64,000 nucleotides of DNA, from positions 2,920-66,919 of the forward strand of contig JAAEPE010000030.1 of assembly GCA_024222395.1 (NCBI GenBank). Reading direction: 5' to 3'. Below are positions 8,840 to 18,557 of this stretch, piece by piece. The translations under genes were made by a program, and so were the position numbers. The stretch is from Myxococcales bacterium (lineage in GTDB: Bacteria; Myxococcota_A; Polyangia; Haliangiales; Haliangiaceae). Each line of letters opens with the position of its first letter. Position 1 is the first letter of the stretch. The notes below the pieces were generated by a model. That model did not search any database, was not told the origin of the DNA, and saw only the letters and a program-made list of their open reading frames with translations.

Positions 8840-9468
8840 GCCTCAAAGATCGATTCGTTGATGGTGTGAGCTCGCTATTCGAAAAGCTCAATGATGGCGA
8901 GGGGCTATCTGGAGTTGACGAGGTTGAACTCGAGAGAGAGCTTGCGAAGCGCGTCGCTGTTCGTGAGAAGGCAGGAAATCCGTCCCCTAGCGAAAACGCC
9001 CGGGCGCGACTCGCTGGCGCTGGAGTCAAGGCCCGCGAGCAACGCGAAGCACTCGCAGCCAAACGCGTTGCGAAGATACATGGCGAGCGCAAACGTCGCT
9101 CTGCAGCTCAGAAGCGCCAGCAAGATGAGGCCTTTCGCAATATGGTGGAGGATGCTCGTCGGGCGCCGCCGCCGCGTCAGACCTCTTCATCGCGTTCTAG
9201 CCAAGTGCCTCCACGTAGCAATGCGGGAAGCTCAAGGTCTCGCCGCCGCGGTACTGGTATCTTCCAAGACAGAGATTTGGCTCAGCACTACAAGACGCTG
9301 GGCGTGAGCCCGGAGGCTGATGCGGTCGAAATCAAAAAGGCCTACCGAAAACTGATGCGCAAGTACCACCCGGATTTGCATCAGGATGCTCGCAAGAAGA
9401 AAGCCGCAACCGAGCTTGCCACCAAGATTTCTACGGCCTATTCGGCCATCGAGAAGAGCCGCAAGTAG
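8836..9468 (+). CDS. J-domain (DnaJ-like) protein
   Basis: C-terminal J domain YKTLGVSPEADAVEIKKAYRKLMRKYHPDL (HPD). ATGA overlap with the PilZ gene stop. Confidence 0.75.
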   Translation: MSLKDRFVDGVSSLFEKLNDGEGLSGVDEVELERELAKRVAVREKAGNPSPSENARARLAGAGVKAREQREALAAKRVAKIHGERKRRSAAQKRQQDEAFRNMVEDARRAPPPRQTSSSRSSQVPPRSNAGSSRSRRRGTGIFQDRDLAQHYKTLGVSPEADAVEIKKAYRKLMRKYHPDLHQDARKKKAATELATKISTAYSAIEKSRK

Positions 9469-9469
9469 C

Positions 9470-9886
9470 ATGGGTGGCCATCGCGCCATCTTAGATCGTT
9501 TGCGAGGGCTCGGAAGAACTCTTAGTTTGGTGGCGCTTGTCTCTTGTGACAAGGGGCCTGTTGATTCGGGGCGCCCGGCTATCGATGCACGGGCCGTGGC
9601 GGCATATCTTCCGTTGGTTGGGACTTGGAGCGGAAGCCTTCAGGTTGACTCTGTGGGGATGGCGACGGGCGTCGTCACGGTTGGCCCGAGCGGCGGGGGC
9701 ACGTTCTTTGTGACGGTGGCTGGCGTGCAGGAGACTGGGCAGCTACAGATCGTTGCGCTATCTGAGTTCTCTGTGTGGGTGAGGGCTATGGGGCAGGAGC
9801 GCGGTGTGCCGATCGCTATTGAGGAGGATCTGCTGCGGGTGTCTGTTGCCGGCGTTGGCGAGGTGGTGCTGCTGCGGGTGGAGTGA
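9470..9886 (+). CDS. hypothetical lipoprotein
   Basis: ATG 9470 lies just after the J-domain gene stop. Lipobox LVS|CDKG. The upstream part of the track ORF (9386) overlaps the preceding gene. Confidence 0.45.
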   Translation: MGGHRAILDRLRGLGRTLSLVALVSCDKGPVDSGRPAIDARAVAAYLPLVGTWSGSLQVDSVGMATGVVTVGPSGGGTFFVTVAGVQETGQLQIVALSEFSVWVRAMGQERGVPIAIEEDLLRVSVAGVGEVVLLRVE

Positions 9887-10005
9887 TGTGGGGGCGGGTC
9901 GGTCAGCGTCGCTGGTGTGCTTTGCCTTCTTCGGTGGGCTTGGCAGGGACGGGTTGTTTGCAGGCAAACAACCTACGCAGCTGCTGGCAATTGTTAACAA
10001 ACGCC

Positions 10006-10683
10006 TTAGGAACCAGGCATCATTTCTATTTCTGAGTCGCTCACGGTGGTGCCAACAAGGACTCGGTAGTCGTCGCCCCATTGCTCTACCAATAGTGCCT
10101 TAGGCCCTGCCGCTGAGTAATTCCACCAGCGGCAGCGATGGGCTGCGCCGCTCGTTTGTTGTGAAGTGCCGCCGAGGGAGCCGGTATCGCCGTCGAGAGC
10201 GGTTGTCGCCGTACCTCGCTTGTCGAAATCATAGCGCTCGTCACCGAGCATGATGAGCTCAGGAGGGTAGCCAGCGAGTTCCACTTCATTGGTGGGGGTG
10301 AGAATGCGCTTGCTCGAACCACCGCTGCGCTCGAGTCCCACGAGGAGCCAACAATGATTGCTGCCATCGACAATGCGAGCCATGGACCAGTGATGGCCCG
10401 CCTCGTCGTAGCGGATGAGACCTTCGACGATGAAGTCGGCGCCGTCGTACATGATGACATCACCCACACGAAGATCGCCGAAGCTTCGCTCCAAGAGATT
10501 GGACCCATTCCCGCTGCCGAGGAGTTCGGTTTCTGGGCCACCGCCGAGGGCTGCGCGCTTGCGAGCTGCGATAACGAGGCCTCCGCCAACCGCAGTGGCG
10601 GCTCCGGCGAGAATGAGTGCTGCGATAATAAGAGCGGTGAACAAGGGAATCTGGACTGTGGCGATTCCTCCAGCAAGTTTCAA
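10006..10683 (-). CDS. membrane-anchored DUF4178-like protein
   Basis: N-terminal TM helix. LRVGDVIMYDGADFIVEGLIRYDEAGHHWSMARIVDG..CWLLVGLE resembles the DUF4178 pattern as I remember it. Confidence 0.45.
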   Translation of the reverse strand: MKLAGGIATVQIPLFTALIIAALILAGAATAVGGGLVIAARKRAALGGGPETELLGSGNGSNLLERSFGDLRVGDVIMYDGADFIVEGLIRYDEAGHHWSMARIVDGSNHCWLLVGLERSGGSSKRILTPTNEVELAGYPPELIMLGDERYDFDKRGTATTALDGDTGSLGGTSQQTSGAAHRCRWWNYSAAGPKALLVEQWGDDYRVLVGTTVSDSEIEMMPGS

Positions 10684-10722
10684 GTTGCATCTACCTGTGT
10701 TTTACGGTGTTGTGCCCCCCTC

Positions 10723-13386
10723 ATGAACCGATTGCTCTCTTCCAGCATTCTCTGCCTGCTTTTCGCCTCTTCCGCTGCCTGTGGATCGGATGCCAAGCGC
10801 AAGGTGCACTCGCCCGAGCCCGCTGCGACGGCGCTAGCGACCCACGGTATCCGCATCGAGAGGGCGATTGTCGTACCGGAGCGCTACCAGGCCAAACTAC
10901 GTCTCGACCCCAGCAAAGAGACATTTTCAGGCGATCTCGAAGTGGCACTCTCGGTGGAAGAGAGCAGCAGCGACTTCTTCATGAATGGACACGGCCTCAC
11001 GGTTTCGAAGGCCAGCATTAAGGTAGCTGAGGAAGTAATCGAGCTCAACGTCGTCGCCGAGGACGACATGTGGTTGCACTTCACTGCCCCTCGCGCCTTG
11101 CCCACGGGCAATGCAATGCTCAGTGTCGTCTATGAAGGAGCCGTGAGTTCGGAGAGCTCCTATGGGATCTTTCGTCAGGAAGCCGCCGGCGATTGGTACC
11201 TCTTTACCCAATTTGAGTCTCGGGCCGCCAGGCGTGCATTCCCGAGCATCGACCAACCGGACATCAAAGTGCCTTGGCAGTTGAGCCTAGAGGTTCCTGA
11301 AGGCTTGGTGGCGTTGGCCAATACACCCGAGAGTAGCCGCGAACCTGCCAGAGACGGCTTTGTCCGCGTGAATTTTGCTGAGAGCCCACCGCTGCCATCC
11401 TACTTGGTCGCCTTTGCCGTCGGCCCGTTCGATATGGTGGATATCGGTAAAACTCGCAGTGGCGTCCCTGTGCGCGTTGCTGCCCCAAGGGGACGCGGAG
11501 ACGAGACTGAATGGGTCAAAGAATCGACTCTACCTCTGCTCGAGATCCTCGAGGACTACACTGGAATTCCCTACCCCTACGCAAAGCTAGACCTGGTTTC
11601 GATCCCGTCGACGGGCAGCTTTGGGGCGATGGAAAACCCCGGTCTCATTACCTACACCGAGACACTGCTTCTCTCAAAGTCCAACGATCTGGATTTCAAG
11701 AAGAACTACGCCAATACCGGGGCGCACGAACTCGCCCATCAGTGGTTTGGCAACTTGGTCACCAATGCCTGGTGGGATGATCTATGGCTAAACGAGTCGT
11801 TCGCGACCTGGGCCTCGGCTAAGGCGGTGAGCAAGTTCAACCCAAAGTGGCGTACAGATACCCTTTGGGCCGAAATGCGAAGCACCGCTATGGGTGCAGA
11901 CCGGCTCTTTTCCGCACGTATCATTCATCAACCCATTGTGAGCGCTGGTGATATTGGATCCGCATTCGACCGCATCACGTATTCCAAGGGGGCCTCTGTG
12001 CTCGCCATGTTCGAAGGGTGGCTCGGGGAGGAGACGTTCCAGCGAGGTATCCAACACTATCTGAGCAGTAGCCGATGGAAGAGCTTGGAAGCCAAAGACT
12101 TCTTGGAGGCAATGGAAGTCGGCACCGGACAGAATATCTCGGATTCGTTCTCTACGTTCATTGATAATCCTGGTACGCCCTTGGTCTCATTTGACCTGGA
12201 TTGTGCCGATGGCAAGAGTCCAACGCTCTCTCTATCCCACGAGCGCTACCGGCCTCTTGGGTCCAAGGTCTCCGAGTCGCCCGACTACCAAATTCCTGTA
12301 TGTGTGCGCTATCCAACCGGCGTAGGCAAAACAATTGCTCGCGAATGCACCCTGATCTCTCAGAGAACTTCCAAGTTCGTTCTGGGAGACGCACAGTCTT
12401 GTCCCCAGTGGATCGTGCCCAATGCTGGCGCGACTGGCTACTATCGATCGCAGCTAAGCGAGTCACTGCTTGAGTCGCTCTTGAAGAAAGCCCCGCTCAC
12501 GGTTCCTGAACAATTTGCTACAGCCAGTGACCTCAAGGCCTTGGTCTACGCTGGCCTTGCCCCTATTGAGAGCATGCTCTCCCTCGTGCCGACAATGGCA
12601 TCGAGCAACGATGATGGTCTGCAGGCGACCGCTGCTGGCATAGCAGACCTTGGCTGGCTCGTGACCACAGAAGCCAGGCCGCGTTACCAGGCGTGGCTTG
12701 TGCGGCACTTTGGCAAGACGACCAGGCGTCTGGGATGGACGGCCAAAGCTGGGGAGCCCTCGTCGCGAACCGCTCTCCGAACCACGCTGCTCTCCCTCAT
12801 GATTCTTGAAGCGCAGGATGTGAAGCTTCGCGCCACTGGGCAGAAGTTGGCCAAGGCTTGGCTAAGCGATCCCACCTCCGTTGACGCCAATGTCGCAGGC
12901 CTCGCTCTCAAGGTTGGCGCGCGCTTTGGTGATACTGCTTCTATCGATGCGTATGTGGTGGCAATCAAGGGCACGAGCGATCGCAATCGTCGACGCCTCT
13001 TGCTCGAAGGAATTGGGGCGGTTACCGAGCCGGCCCTTGTGCAACATGCACTAAAAATCATGCTCGATACTGACATTGATGCACGTGAATCTCGGCGCAT
13101 GCTCTCGGCCATTGCGGACCAAAGGGAGTCTGGGCATCTCGCCTTGGCCTTCGTTGAGAAGAATTTTGCGGGGCTCGCTACGCGCTACGGGGGTTCGATG
13201 AAGACGCGCCTAGCAGGTGTCGCCAGCTCCCAGTGTGATGCCGCCCGAAATGCCTCAGTCGAGACCTTCCTGCGTGAGAAGATTGCACCAATGGAGGGAG
13301 GCAAGCGCGCGGCCGAGCAGGCACTAGAGAGTCATCGCCTCTGCTTGGCAGCGACAAAGAGCCTTCGTCTACCCACGAAGCTGTAG
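10723..13386 (+). CDS. M1-family zinc aminopeptidase (aminopeptidase N-like), lipoprotein
   Basis: GAMENPGL exopeptidase motif, HELAHQWFGNLV...WLNESFA zinc site. ATG 10723 gives a signal peptide with lipobox (SSAA|CGSD). The track start 10354 is antisense to the neighbouring gene. Confidence 0.85.
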   Translation: MNRLLSSSILCLLFASSAACGSDAKRKVHSPEPAATALATHGIRIERAIVVPERYQAKLRLDPSKETFSGDLEVALSVEESSSDFFMNGHGLTVSKASIKVAEEVIELNVVAEDDMWLHFTAPRALPTGNAMLSVVYEGAVSSESSYGIFRQEAAGDWYLFTQFESRAARRAFPSIDQPDIKVPWQLSLEVPEGLVALANTPESSREPARDGFVRVNFAESPPLPSYLVAFAVGPFDMVDIGKTRSGVPVRVAAPRGRGDETEWVKESTLPLLEILEDYTGIPYPYAKLDLVSIPSTGSFGAMENPGLITYTETLLLSKSNDLDFKKNYANTGAHELAHQWFGNLVTNAWWDDLWLNESFATWASAKAVSKFNPKWRTDTLWAEMRSTAMGADRLFSARIIHQPIVSAGDIGSAFDRITYSKGASVLAMFEGWLGEETFQRGIQHYLSSSRWKSLEAKDFLEAMEVGTGQNISDSFSTFIDNPGTPLVSFDLDCADGKSPTLSLSHERYRPLGSKVSESPDYQIPVCVRYPTGVGKTIARECTLISQRTSKFVLGDAQSCPQWIVPNAGATGYYRSQLSESLLESLLKKAPLTVPEQFATASDLKALVYAGLAPIESMLSLVPTMASSNDDGLQATAAGIADLGWLVTTEARPRYQAWLVRHFGKTTRRLGWTAKAGEPSSRTALRTTLLSLMILEAQDVKLRATGQKLAKAWLSDPTSVDANVAGLALKVGARFGDTASIDAYVVAIKGTSDRNRRRLLLEGIGAVTEPALVQHALKIMLDTDIDARESRRMLSAIADQRESGHLALAFVEKNFAGLATRYGGSMKTRLAGVASSQCDAARNASVETFLREKIAPMEGGKRAAEQALESHRLCLAATKSLRLPTKL

Positions 13387-13615
13387 CGGCTGCTTCCCGG
13401 GGGCAGGTGATTCCCATGCGGCCTGTCTTCGTCCGCATGATCTCCTCGGAGCTGAGGGAATTTTGCGGCGGTCTGAGCGTTGTATTCACATGGGAGATAC
13501 GAACCGCGGCAAGCATCAGTTCTCACGTGATATTCCTATGTTGCGGGAGATCGCCAATGTTGAAACGAATCTGCTAAAAGCGAACGGGGAGTACGCACCC
13601 CCTCGTGAGAACAGC

Positions 13616-15034
13616 ATGTTTCAAAACACAGATATTCAGGTTCACTTCGTAGGCATCGGCGGTATGGGAATGTCGGGCATCGCGCAAGTGCTCATCAACC
13701 GCGGCTACCGGGTCTCGGGTTCCGACATTCAAGAGAACGAAATTACCAGGCACCTGGTCGGTCTCGGCGCGACGGTTTCCCACGGACACAACGCTGACAA
13801 CTTGCGGGAAGCCGAAGTGGTTGTGACGTCAACCGCTATCAAGGGCTACAACCCGGAGGTCGAAGCGGCTCACGCAAGGCGCATCCCTGTGATTCCCCGA
13901 GCCGAAATGCTTGGTGAGCTCATGCGCATGAAGACGGGTATCACCGTCGCTGGTTCTCACGGAAAGACCACGACAACCACGATGATAGCCCACGTGCTTA
14001 CCAAGGCAGGGCTCGATCCGACTGCAGTGATCGGCGGGCGGGTCAATAGCTTTGGGCTGGCCAACGCCCGATTTGGGATTTCAGAATATCTCGTAGCCGA
14101 AGCCGATGAGAGCGATGGCTCATTTCTGCGACTCGATCCGACGCTTGCCGTTGTGACAAACATGGATTCGGAGCACCTAGATCACTACGGTACATTCGAA
14201 AACGTCAAAAAGGCCTTTGTCGATTTCATCAACCGAGTTCCGTTCTACGGACAGGCGGCTCTATGCGTAGACAACGCCGCAGTGCTAAGCATATTGCCCG
14301 AAGTGAAGAAGCGTTTCGTTACCTACGGAACGGTTGCACAAGCCGACTTCCGAGCCAGGAACATTCGTTTCGACGGCCTTGGATGCACCTTCATTGCCTG
14401 GCATCACGCAAGGGAGCTTGGGGAGATTTACATCCCCTTGCCCGGCACACACAACGTGCTCAATGCGCTGGCTGTGCTTGCCATCTGTAGTTCTCTCGAC
14501 GTGCCGTTTGAGACTGTCGTGGACGCACTCTCCGACTTCGAAGGAATTCAGCGCCGGTTCACTCTTCGCGCAGAGATTAGCGGCGTCACGATCATCGACG
14601 ACTTCGGCCACCACCCCACCGAGGTCAAAGCTACGTTGCAAGGCGCTCGAGCAGGCTACGCTGGCCAGCGAGTGATCGCCGCCTTCCAGCCCCATCGCTA
14701 CTCACGTACCAAAGATCAATTTCATGAGTTTGCCCGCTCCTTCTACGACGCTGACAAGGTACTCATCTGCGATGTATTCGCGGCAGGTGAAGAGCCCATC
14801 GAAGGGGCGTCCTCAGAGGAACTTGTAAAGGCAATTCGCAACAACGACCACAAGGACGTTAGCTACATTCCGAACCGGGTAGACTTGGCAGCAAAGATCG
14901 CAGAAATAGTGCGCCCTGGTGACATCGTCATCACACTGGGTGCCGGTGACATTCAGCTCACGTGCAACGACTTGATTACCGCTCTCGAAGCCAAGGGCTC
15001 GGTGGCGAAACTCAAGAATCTCGCGACTCGGTAG
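13616..15034 (+). CDS. murC: UDP-N-acetylmuramate--L-alanine ligase
   Basis: VHFVGIGGMGMSGIAQVL, AGSHGKTTTTTM, DESDGSF. ATG 13616 gives the canonical N-terminus. Confidence 0.9.
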   Translation: MFQNTDIQVHFVGIGGMGMSGIAQVLINRGYRVSGSDIQENEITRHLVGLGATVSHGHNADNLREAEVVVTSTAIKGYNPEVEAAHARRIPVIPRAEMLGELMRMKTGITVAGSHGKTTTTTMIAHVLTKAGLDPTAVIGGRVNSFGLANARFGISEYLVAEADESDGSFLRLDPTLAVVTNMDSEHLDHYGTFENVKKAFVDFINRVPFYGQAALCVDNAAVLSILPEVKKRFVTYGTVAQADFRARNIRFDGLGCTFIAWHHARELGEIYIPLPGTHNVLNALAVLAICSSLDVPFETVVDALSDFEGIQRRFTLRAEISGVTIIDDFGHHPTEVKATLQGARAGYAGQRVIAAFQPHRYSRTKDQFHEFARSFYDADKVLICDVFAAGEEPIEGASSEELVKAIRNNDHKDVSYIPNRVDLAAKIAEIVRPGDIVITLGAGDIQLTCNDLITALEAKGSVAKLKNLATR

Positions 15035-15043
15035 AGTTTTCAT

Positions 15044-15955
15044 TTGCTTAGCGAATCGCAGCGCGAGCAGTTGCTTTCCCTTTGTGGGGAGGCCGTGCGA
15101 TTTGACGAGCCGATGCGACGTCATACGACGCTCAAGATCGGCGGCCCGGCGGATGCCTACGCGGAGCCCCGAGATTCCGAGACAGTGGTTGCGTTGGTGC
15201 GGTACTGCGCGGCTGAGGGGCTGCCAATAACTACCATTGGCGGAGGATCAAATCTCCTCGTCCGCGACGGTGGCATTCGCGGATTCGTTCTCGCCACCAG
15301 GGCACTTCGCAATATTGAGCGCGTCGCCGATGCACAGATAGAGGTGGATGCTGGCTTGTCTACCGGCAAGTTGCTCAGCTCTGCGACCAAGTGGGAGTTG
15401 GGGGGACTCGAGTTCTTGGGAGGGGTTCCCGGTTCAGTTGGCGGCGGTCTGGTGATGAATGCCGGCACCTATCTAGGCGAGTTCAAGGATGTAACAACCG
15501 CAGTGCGCTCCCTCCGACTTCGCGATGGCGAGCTCATCTCTCGAAGCAATGCAGAGTGTAGCTTCGGGTATCGCAGCTCATCACTTCCTCCAAGTGAAGT
15601 GGTTCTTGGCGCAACGCTTACGCTCGAGCATCGGCCCACAGATCAGATCAAAGAGGTCGTCACTGCTCTGAGGGCCAGACGGAAAGAGCGAGAGCCTGCG
15701 GGAGCCAACAACGCCGGCTCGGTCTTCAAGAATCCCGAAGGTGATCATGCTGGGCGGCTGATAGAAGCCGTCGGGTTTAAAGGCACCAGAATTGGAAGTG
15801 CGGAGTGCTCACCAGCTCACGCAAACTGGTTTGTGAATCACGGCGATGCAAAGGCGGCAGACATGCTGGAACTCATCGCCCAAGCGAGAGCCAAGGTCCG
15901 TGCCCAAATGGGTGTCGACCTGGTCTTGGAATGGAAGTGCATCGGTGAAGACTAA
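15044..15955 (+). CDS. murB: UDP-N-acetylenolpyruvoylglucosamine reductase
   Basis: HTTLKIGGPADAY, GGGSNLLVRD, AGSVFKNP. TTG start. Confidence 0.88.
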   Translation: MLSESQREQLLSLCGEAVRFDEPMRRHTTLKIGGPADAYAEPRDSETVVALVRYCAAEGLPITTIGGGSNLLVRDGGIRGFVLATRALRNIERVADAQIEVDAGLSTGKLLSSATKWELGGLEFLGGVPGSVGGGLVMNAGTYLGEFKDVTTAVRSLRLRDGELISRSNAECSFGYRSSSLPPSEVVLGATLTLEHRPTDQIKEVVTALRARRKEREPAGANNAGSVFKNPEGDHAGRLIEAVGFKGTRIGSAECSPAHANWFVNHGDAKAADMLELIAQARAKVRAQMGVDLVLEWKCIGED

Positions 15956-16841
15956 GAGAATCGCGGTACTCATGGGTGGCCCGAGCTGCGAGCGCGAGGT
16001 ATCGCTGGGGACGGGCCAAGGCGTGTTCGAAGCGCTACAAGCTCTGGGCTACCAAGTGCAGGCACTCGACTGGAAACCGGGTGAGGCATCTTTGCCGGCA
16101 ATACTAGAAGCCGCCCAGACCGAGGTCGTGTGGAACGCTTTGCACGGCACCTTCGGCGAAGATGGAGCTGTGCAGGGCATGCTGCAATGTATGGGCATCG
16201 CTTGCACAGGTTCTGGAGTTCTCGCTTCTGCTCTCGCGATGGACAAGATCGCATCTAAGCGAGTCTTCGAATCTCACAGTATTGCGACCCCCCCCTGGCA
16301 AATCTGGCAGCCGGGCTGTGCGATTGAGTTGCCATTTCCGATCGTTATCAAGCCGGCCAATGAGGGTTCGTCGGTGGGCGTGAGTGTGGTCCGTGGTGCG
16401 GATGAAGTGGACGCCGCCCTAGCGCTTGCGAGCGAGCAAGGTGGCCCCGTTCTTATCGAGGAGTACATCGAAGGCCACGAGGTCTTCGTGGGCATCTTAG
16501 GCCGTGATGCCCTGGGAACGATCGAAGTGCGAACGAGCAAGGGCTTCTACGACTACGAGGCGAAATACGAGCGCGATGATACCGAGTACCTAATCCCAGC
16601 CGAGCTGCCCGAGGCTCTGTGCATCCAGCTGATCGAGCTGGCTCTTGGAGCACATCACGCGTTGGGTTGCGAGAGCTACTCACGAGTCGATATCCGTGTG
16701 CGCGAAAGTGGAGATGCCTTCGTACTCGAGGTCAATACTCTACCTGGCATGACTGGCCAAAGCCTTATGCCCAAGGTTGCCAAGTACGCTGGTGTTGACT
16801 ACCCGAGCCTCTGTGAGCGAATACTGCTCGCAGCTCGTTAG
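15945..16841 (+). CDS. ddl: D-alanine--D-alanine ligase
   Basis: KRIAVLMGGPSCEREVSL, IVIKPANEGSSVGV, RVDIRV...VLEVNTLPGMT. GTG 15945 overlaps the murB end by 11 nt. The track start 15846 lies inside murB. Confidence 0.88.
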   Translation: MKTKRIAVLMGGPSCEREVSLGTGQGVFEALQALGYQVQALDWKPGEASLPAILEAAQTEVVWNALHGTFGEDGAVQGMLQCMGIACTGSGVLASALAMDKIASKRVFESHSIATPPWQIWQPGCAIELPFPIVIKPANEGSSVGVSVVRGADEVDAALALASEQGGPVLIEEYIEGHEVFVGILGRDALGTIEVRTSKGFYDYEAKYERDDTEYLIPAELPEALCIQLIELALGAHHALGCESYSRVDIRVRESGDAFVLEVNTLPGMTGQSLMPKVAKYAGVDYPSLCERILLAAR

Positions 16842-16850
16842 GAAGTATTC

Positions 16851-17873
16851 CTAATCCCAGGATATCCTTGGCGCGTAGCTGTCCACATGCTGGATGTCCA
16901 CCGAGTCCATACTCTCGGGAAGACTGGGCCGATCGTCGGCAGTGGATTTGTTCTCGTCGCAACGCTCTTGCAGAAACGTGAGCTCGTCGTTTCCGAAGCC
17001 AACCATGTTGAGCTGATACGGGTGCCTGCCATCCGGACCGGCGCTTCCCATACCTGCGATTTCCGCTTCAATTGAGACAACCATCTCGTCGGGAAGGGCT
17101 AGTGCGAGAATGACGACTTGCCCGTGGCCGAGATTTGCCTGAGCGCGTACCGTGATCGAAGTAAGCCCGCTCATGACGTCCGTGCACAGCTTGCGAACTT
17201 GTTCCCAGTTGGAGCAGCGTACGTGAATTCTGGGCGCGGTCTTTCGAACCTGGCTCTTCGAGGCCCGCCGGCTTCTCGATTGAAGTTGGGTGGGCGCACG
17301 AAGTGTGGCAGCTTGCTGAGCCAAGCTCTGCTCGCCCTCGATGATTCTCTGCTCGCCCTCGATGATGGATTCCTTCGGCGTGGCTCCTGTGCCCTTGGCG
17401 AGGTCCCGGACCGCTTGCGGAGAGCCCATGTCATTTTGCGTGACTTCCTCTACCCAGTCGTGCTCGGGGAATTGCCCTGCGGACGGTTCGGTTGAGTCAG
17501 CGCCATCTTGCGGTTCTCGGGCTCCAAGTTGGAGAGAGCGAAGAACGCTTCGCAGATCGGCGTGGGTCCATATTCTCGGCAGCCTCGGCCCCATCACCTC
17601 GGCCTGTGCGGTGAGCTCTTCGTCGACACAGCTGCCGGTGCAAATTGCGATCGGAACGTCGAATCCTTGTTCTCGAACCAATGCTGAGAAGACTGTTCCC
17701 ATCATCTCTGGCATCTCGAGGTCGACCAACAAGGCGTCAACCTGCTCTTCCTTGAGGAAGTTCAGTGCCTTCCTTGGGCCCTGCAACGCCGTACTCAGGT
17801 GCCCAAGCTTCTTGCATGCGCTAGCAAGTAAGTCACCGTACGATTTGTTGTCGTCTAGTATCAGGATGCGCAC
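16851..17873 (-). CDS. response regulator with C-terminal PilZ-like domain
   Basis: Receiver MRILILDDN...LLVDLEMPEMMG. The C-terminal ~110 aa (RIHVRCSNWEQVRKL...GQVVILALALPDE...) resembles the myxobacterial PilZ fold. A long low-complexity linker separates them. Confidence 0.65.
   Translation of the reverse strand: MRILILDDNKSYGDLLASACKKLGHLSTALQGPRKALNFLKEEQVDALLVDLEMPEMMGTVFSALVREQGFDVPIAICTGSCVDEELTAQAEVMGPRLPRIWTHADLRSVLRSLQLGAREPQDGADSTEPSAGQFPEHDWVEEVTQNDMGSPQAVRDLAKGTGATPKESIIEGEQRIIEGEQSLAQQAATLRAPTQLQSRSRRASKSQVRKTAPRIHVRCSNWEQVRKLCTDVMSGLTSITVRAQANLGHGQVVILALALPDEMVVSIEAEIAGMGSAGPDGRHPYQLNMVGFGNDELTFLQERCDENKSTADDRPSLPESMDSVDIQHVDSYAPRISWD
17328..17369. repeat. in-frame 21-bp tandem duplication (2 units) in the REC-PilZ linker
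   Basis: CTGCTCGCCCTCGATGATtct / CTGCTCGCCCTCGATGATgga, encoding IIEGEQR/IIEGEQS on the minus strand. Confidence 0.9.
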
Positions 17874-18104
17874 GTGGGGTCCCCGCCACGACTCAAGAGT
17901 AAGCCATCTAAATTATAACGATCAAGGTGGGGCGGTCGTCAACCTATTCGAGATCTGCCCCCACCTGCCCCCACATTGGAATCTCAGCGCAAGAGGTAGG
18001 CGATGTATTGGAAACAATGAATGAATCTCCCACTACAGATCTACGTGCCCCGAATCGATACGATTTGTAAAGATCTGAGCCGACCGTCCGATTCTAAGTG
18101 AGGG

Positions 18105-18557
18105 ATGACAGCGGGAATGACAGGGACCGCCCTTGGTGGTGGGATAGGGCGCGCGTGCGTGGCGTGCGATACCGCCAACGGATGGAATCGTCGATTTTGC
18201 CGAGCCTGTGGAGCAAAAATTGTTGCCGCTTGTGGCGATTGCGACTTCGGCAACGCCATCGCAGATCTCTTCTGCGGTGGTTGCGGCTCCGCACTACAGG
18301 CAGGCGCACAGGCCAGTGACGCGGCCCTGCCGCCGAGTGCTCCCTTGCCGCCTGCCAGCCCTCAAACCGGCCCTCAAAGGCCCCCACCCGGCGCAGATCC
18401 TGCCGCGCTGGCACTGGCTAGAAAACTCTCGGCGTTGAATAGCAGCAACGTGCAGGCGCAAGCCAAGATTCCCCCACCTGTGCCGTCCGCCTCAAAAGAG
18501 GACGAGAGCACGGCAGACGACTTAGGACAGGAGCAGATTGATGTCCTCTTCGGCTGA
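18105..18557 (+). CDS. double zinc-ribbon protein with Pro-rich tail
   Basis: CVACDTANGWNRRFCRACG and CGDCDFGNAIADLFCGGCG (four CxxC pairs). The 3' end overlaps the ATPase start by 17 nt. Confidence 0.6.
   Translation: MTAGMTGTALGGGIGRACVACDTANGWNRRFCRACGAKIVAACGDCDFGNAIADLFCGGCGSALQAGAQASDAALPPSAPLPPASPQTGPQRPPPGADPAALALARKLSALNSSNVQAQAKIPPPVPSASKEDESTADDLGQEQIDVLFG

Noticed and set aside
10354-10722. 123-codon N-terminal extension of the aminopeptidase ORF in the track
   Set aside because: It is antisense to the DUF4178-like gene and has no signal peptide. ATG 10723 gives a clean lipoprotein signal immediately before the conserved M1 domains.
13457-13479. GGAATTTTGCGGCGGTCTGAGCG near the left putative inversion junction resembles GGAATTGCGGCGATCTCGTG at 51015-51034 near the right one
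   Set aside because: The match is short and gapped and is in direct rather than inverted orientation. It cannot be the recombination substrate for an inversion and is plausibly chance.
13463-13615. 51-codon extension of murC, with analogous extensions for hisG (38444), ddl (15846), ftsZ (23815) and cpaA (60517)
   Set aside because: The extensions overlap upstream genes or precede well-positioned internal ATG/GTG starts that give canonical N-termini.
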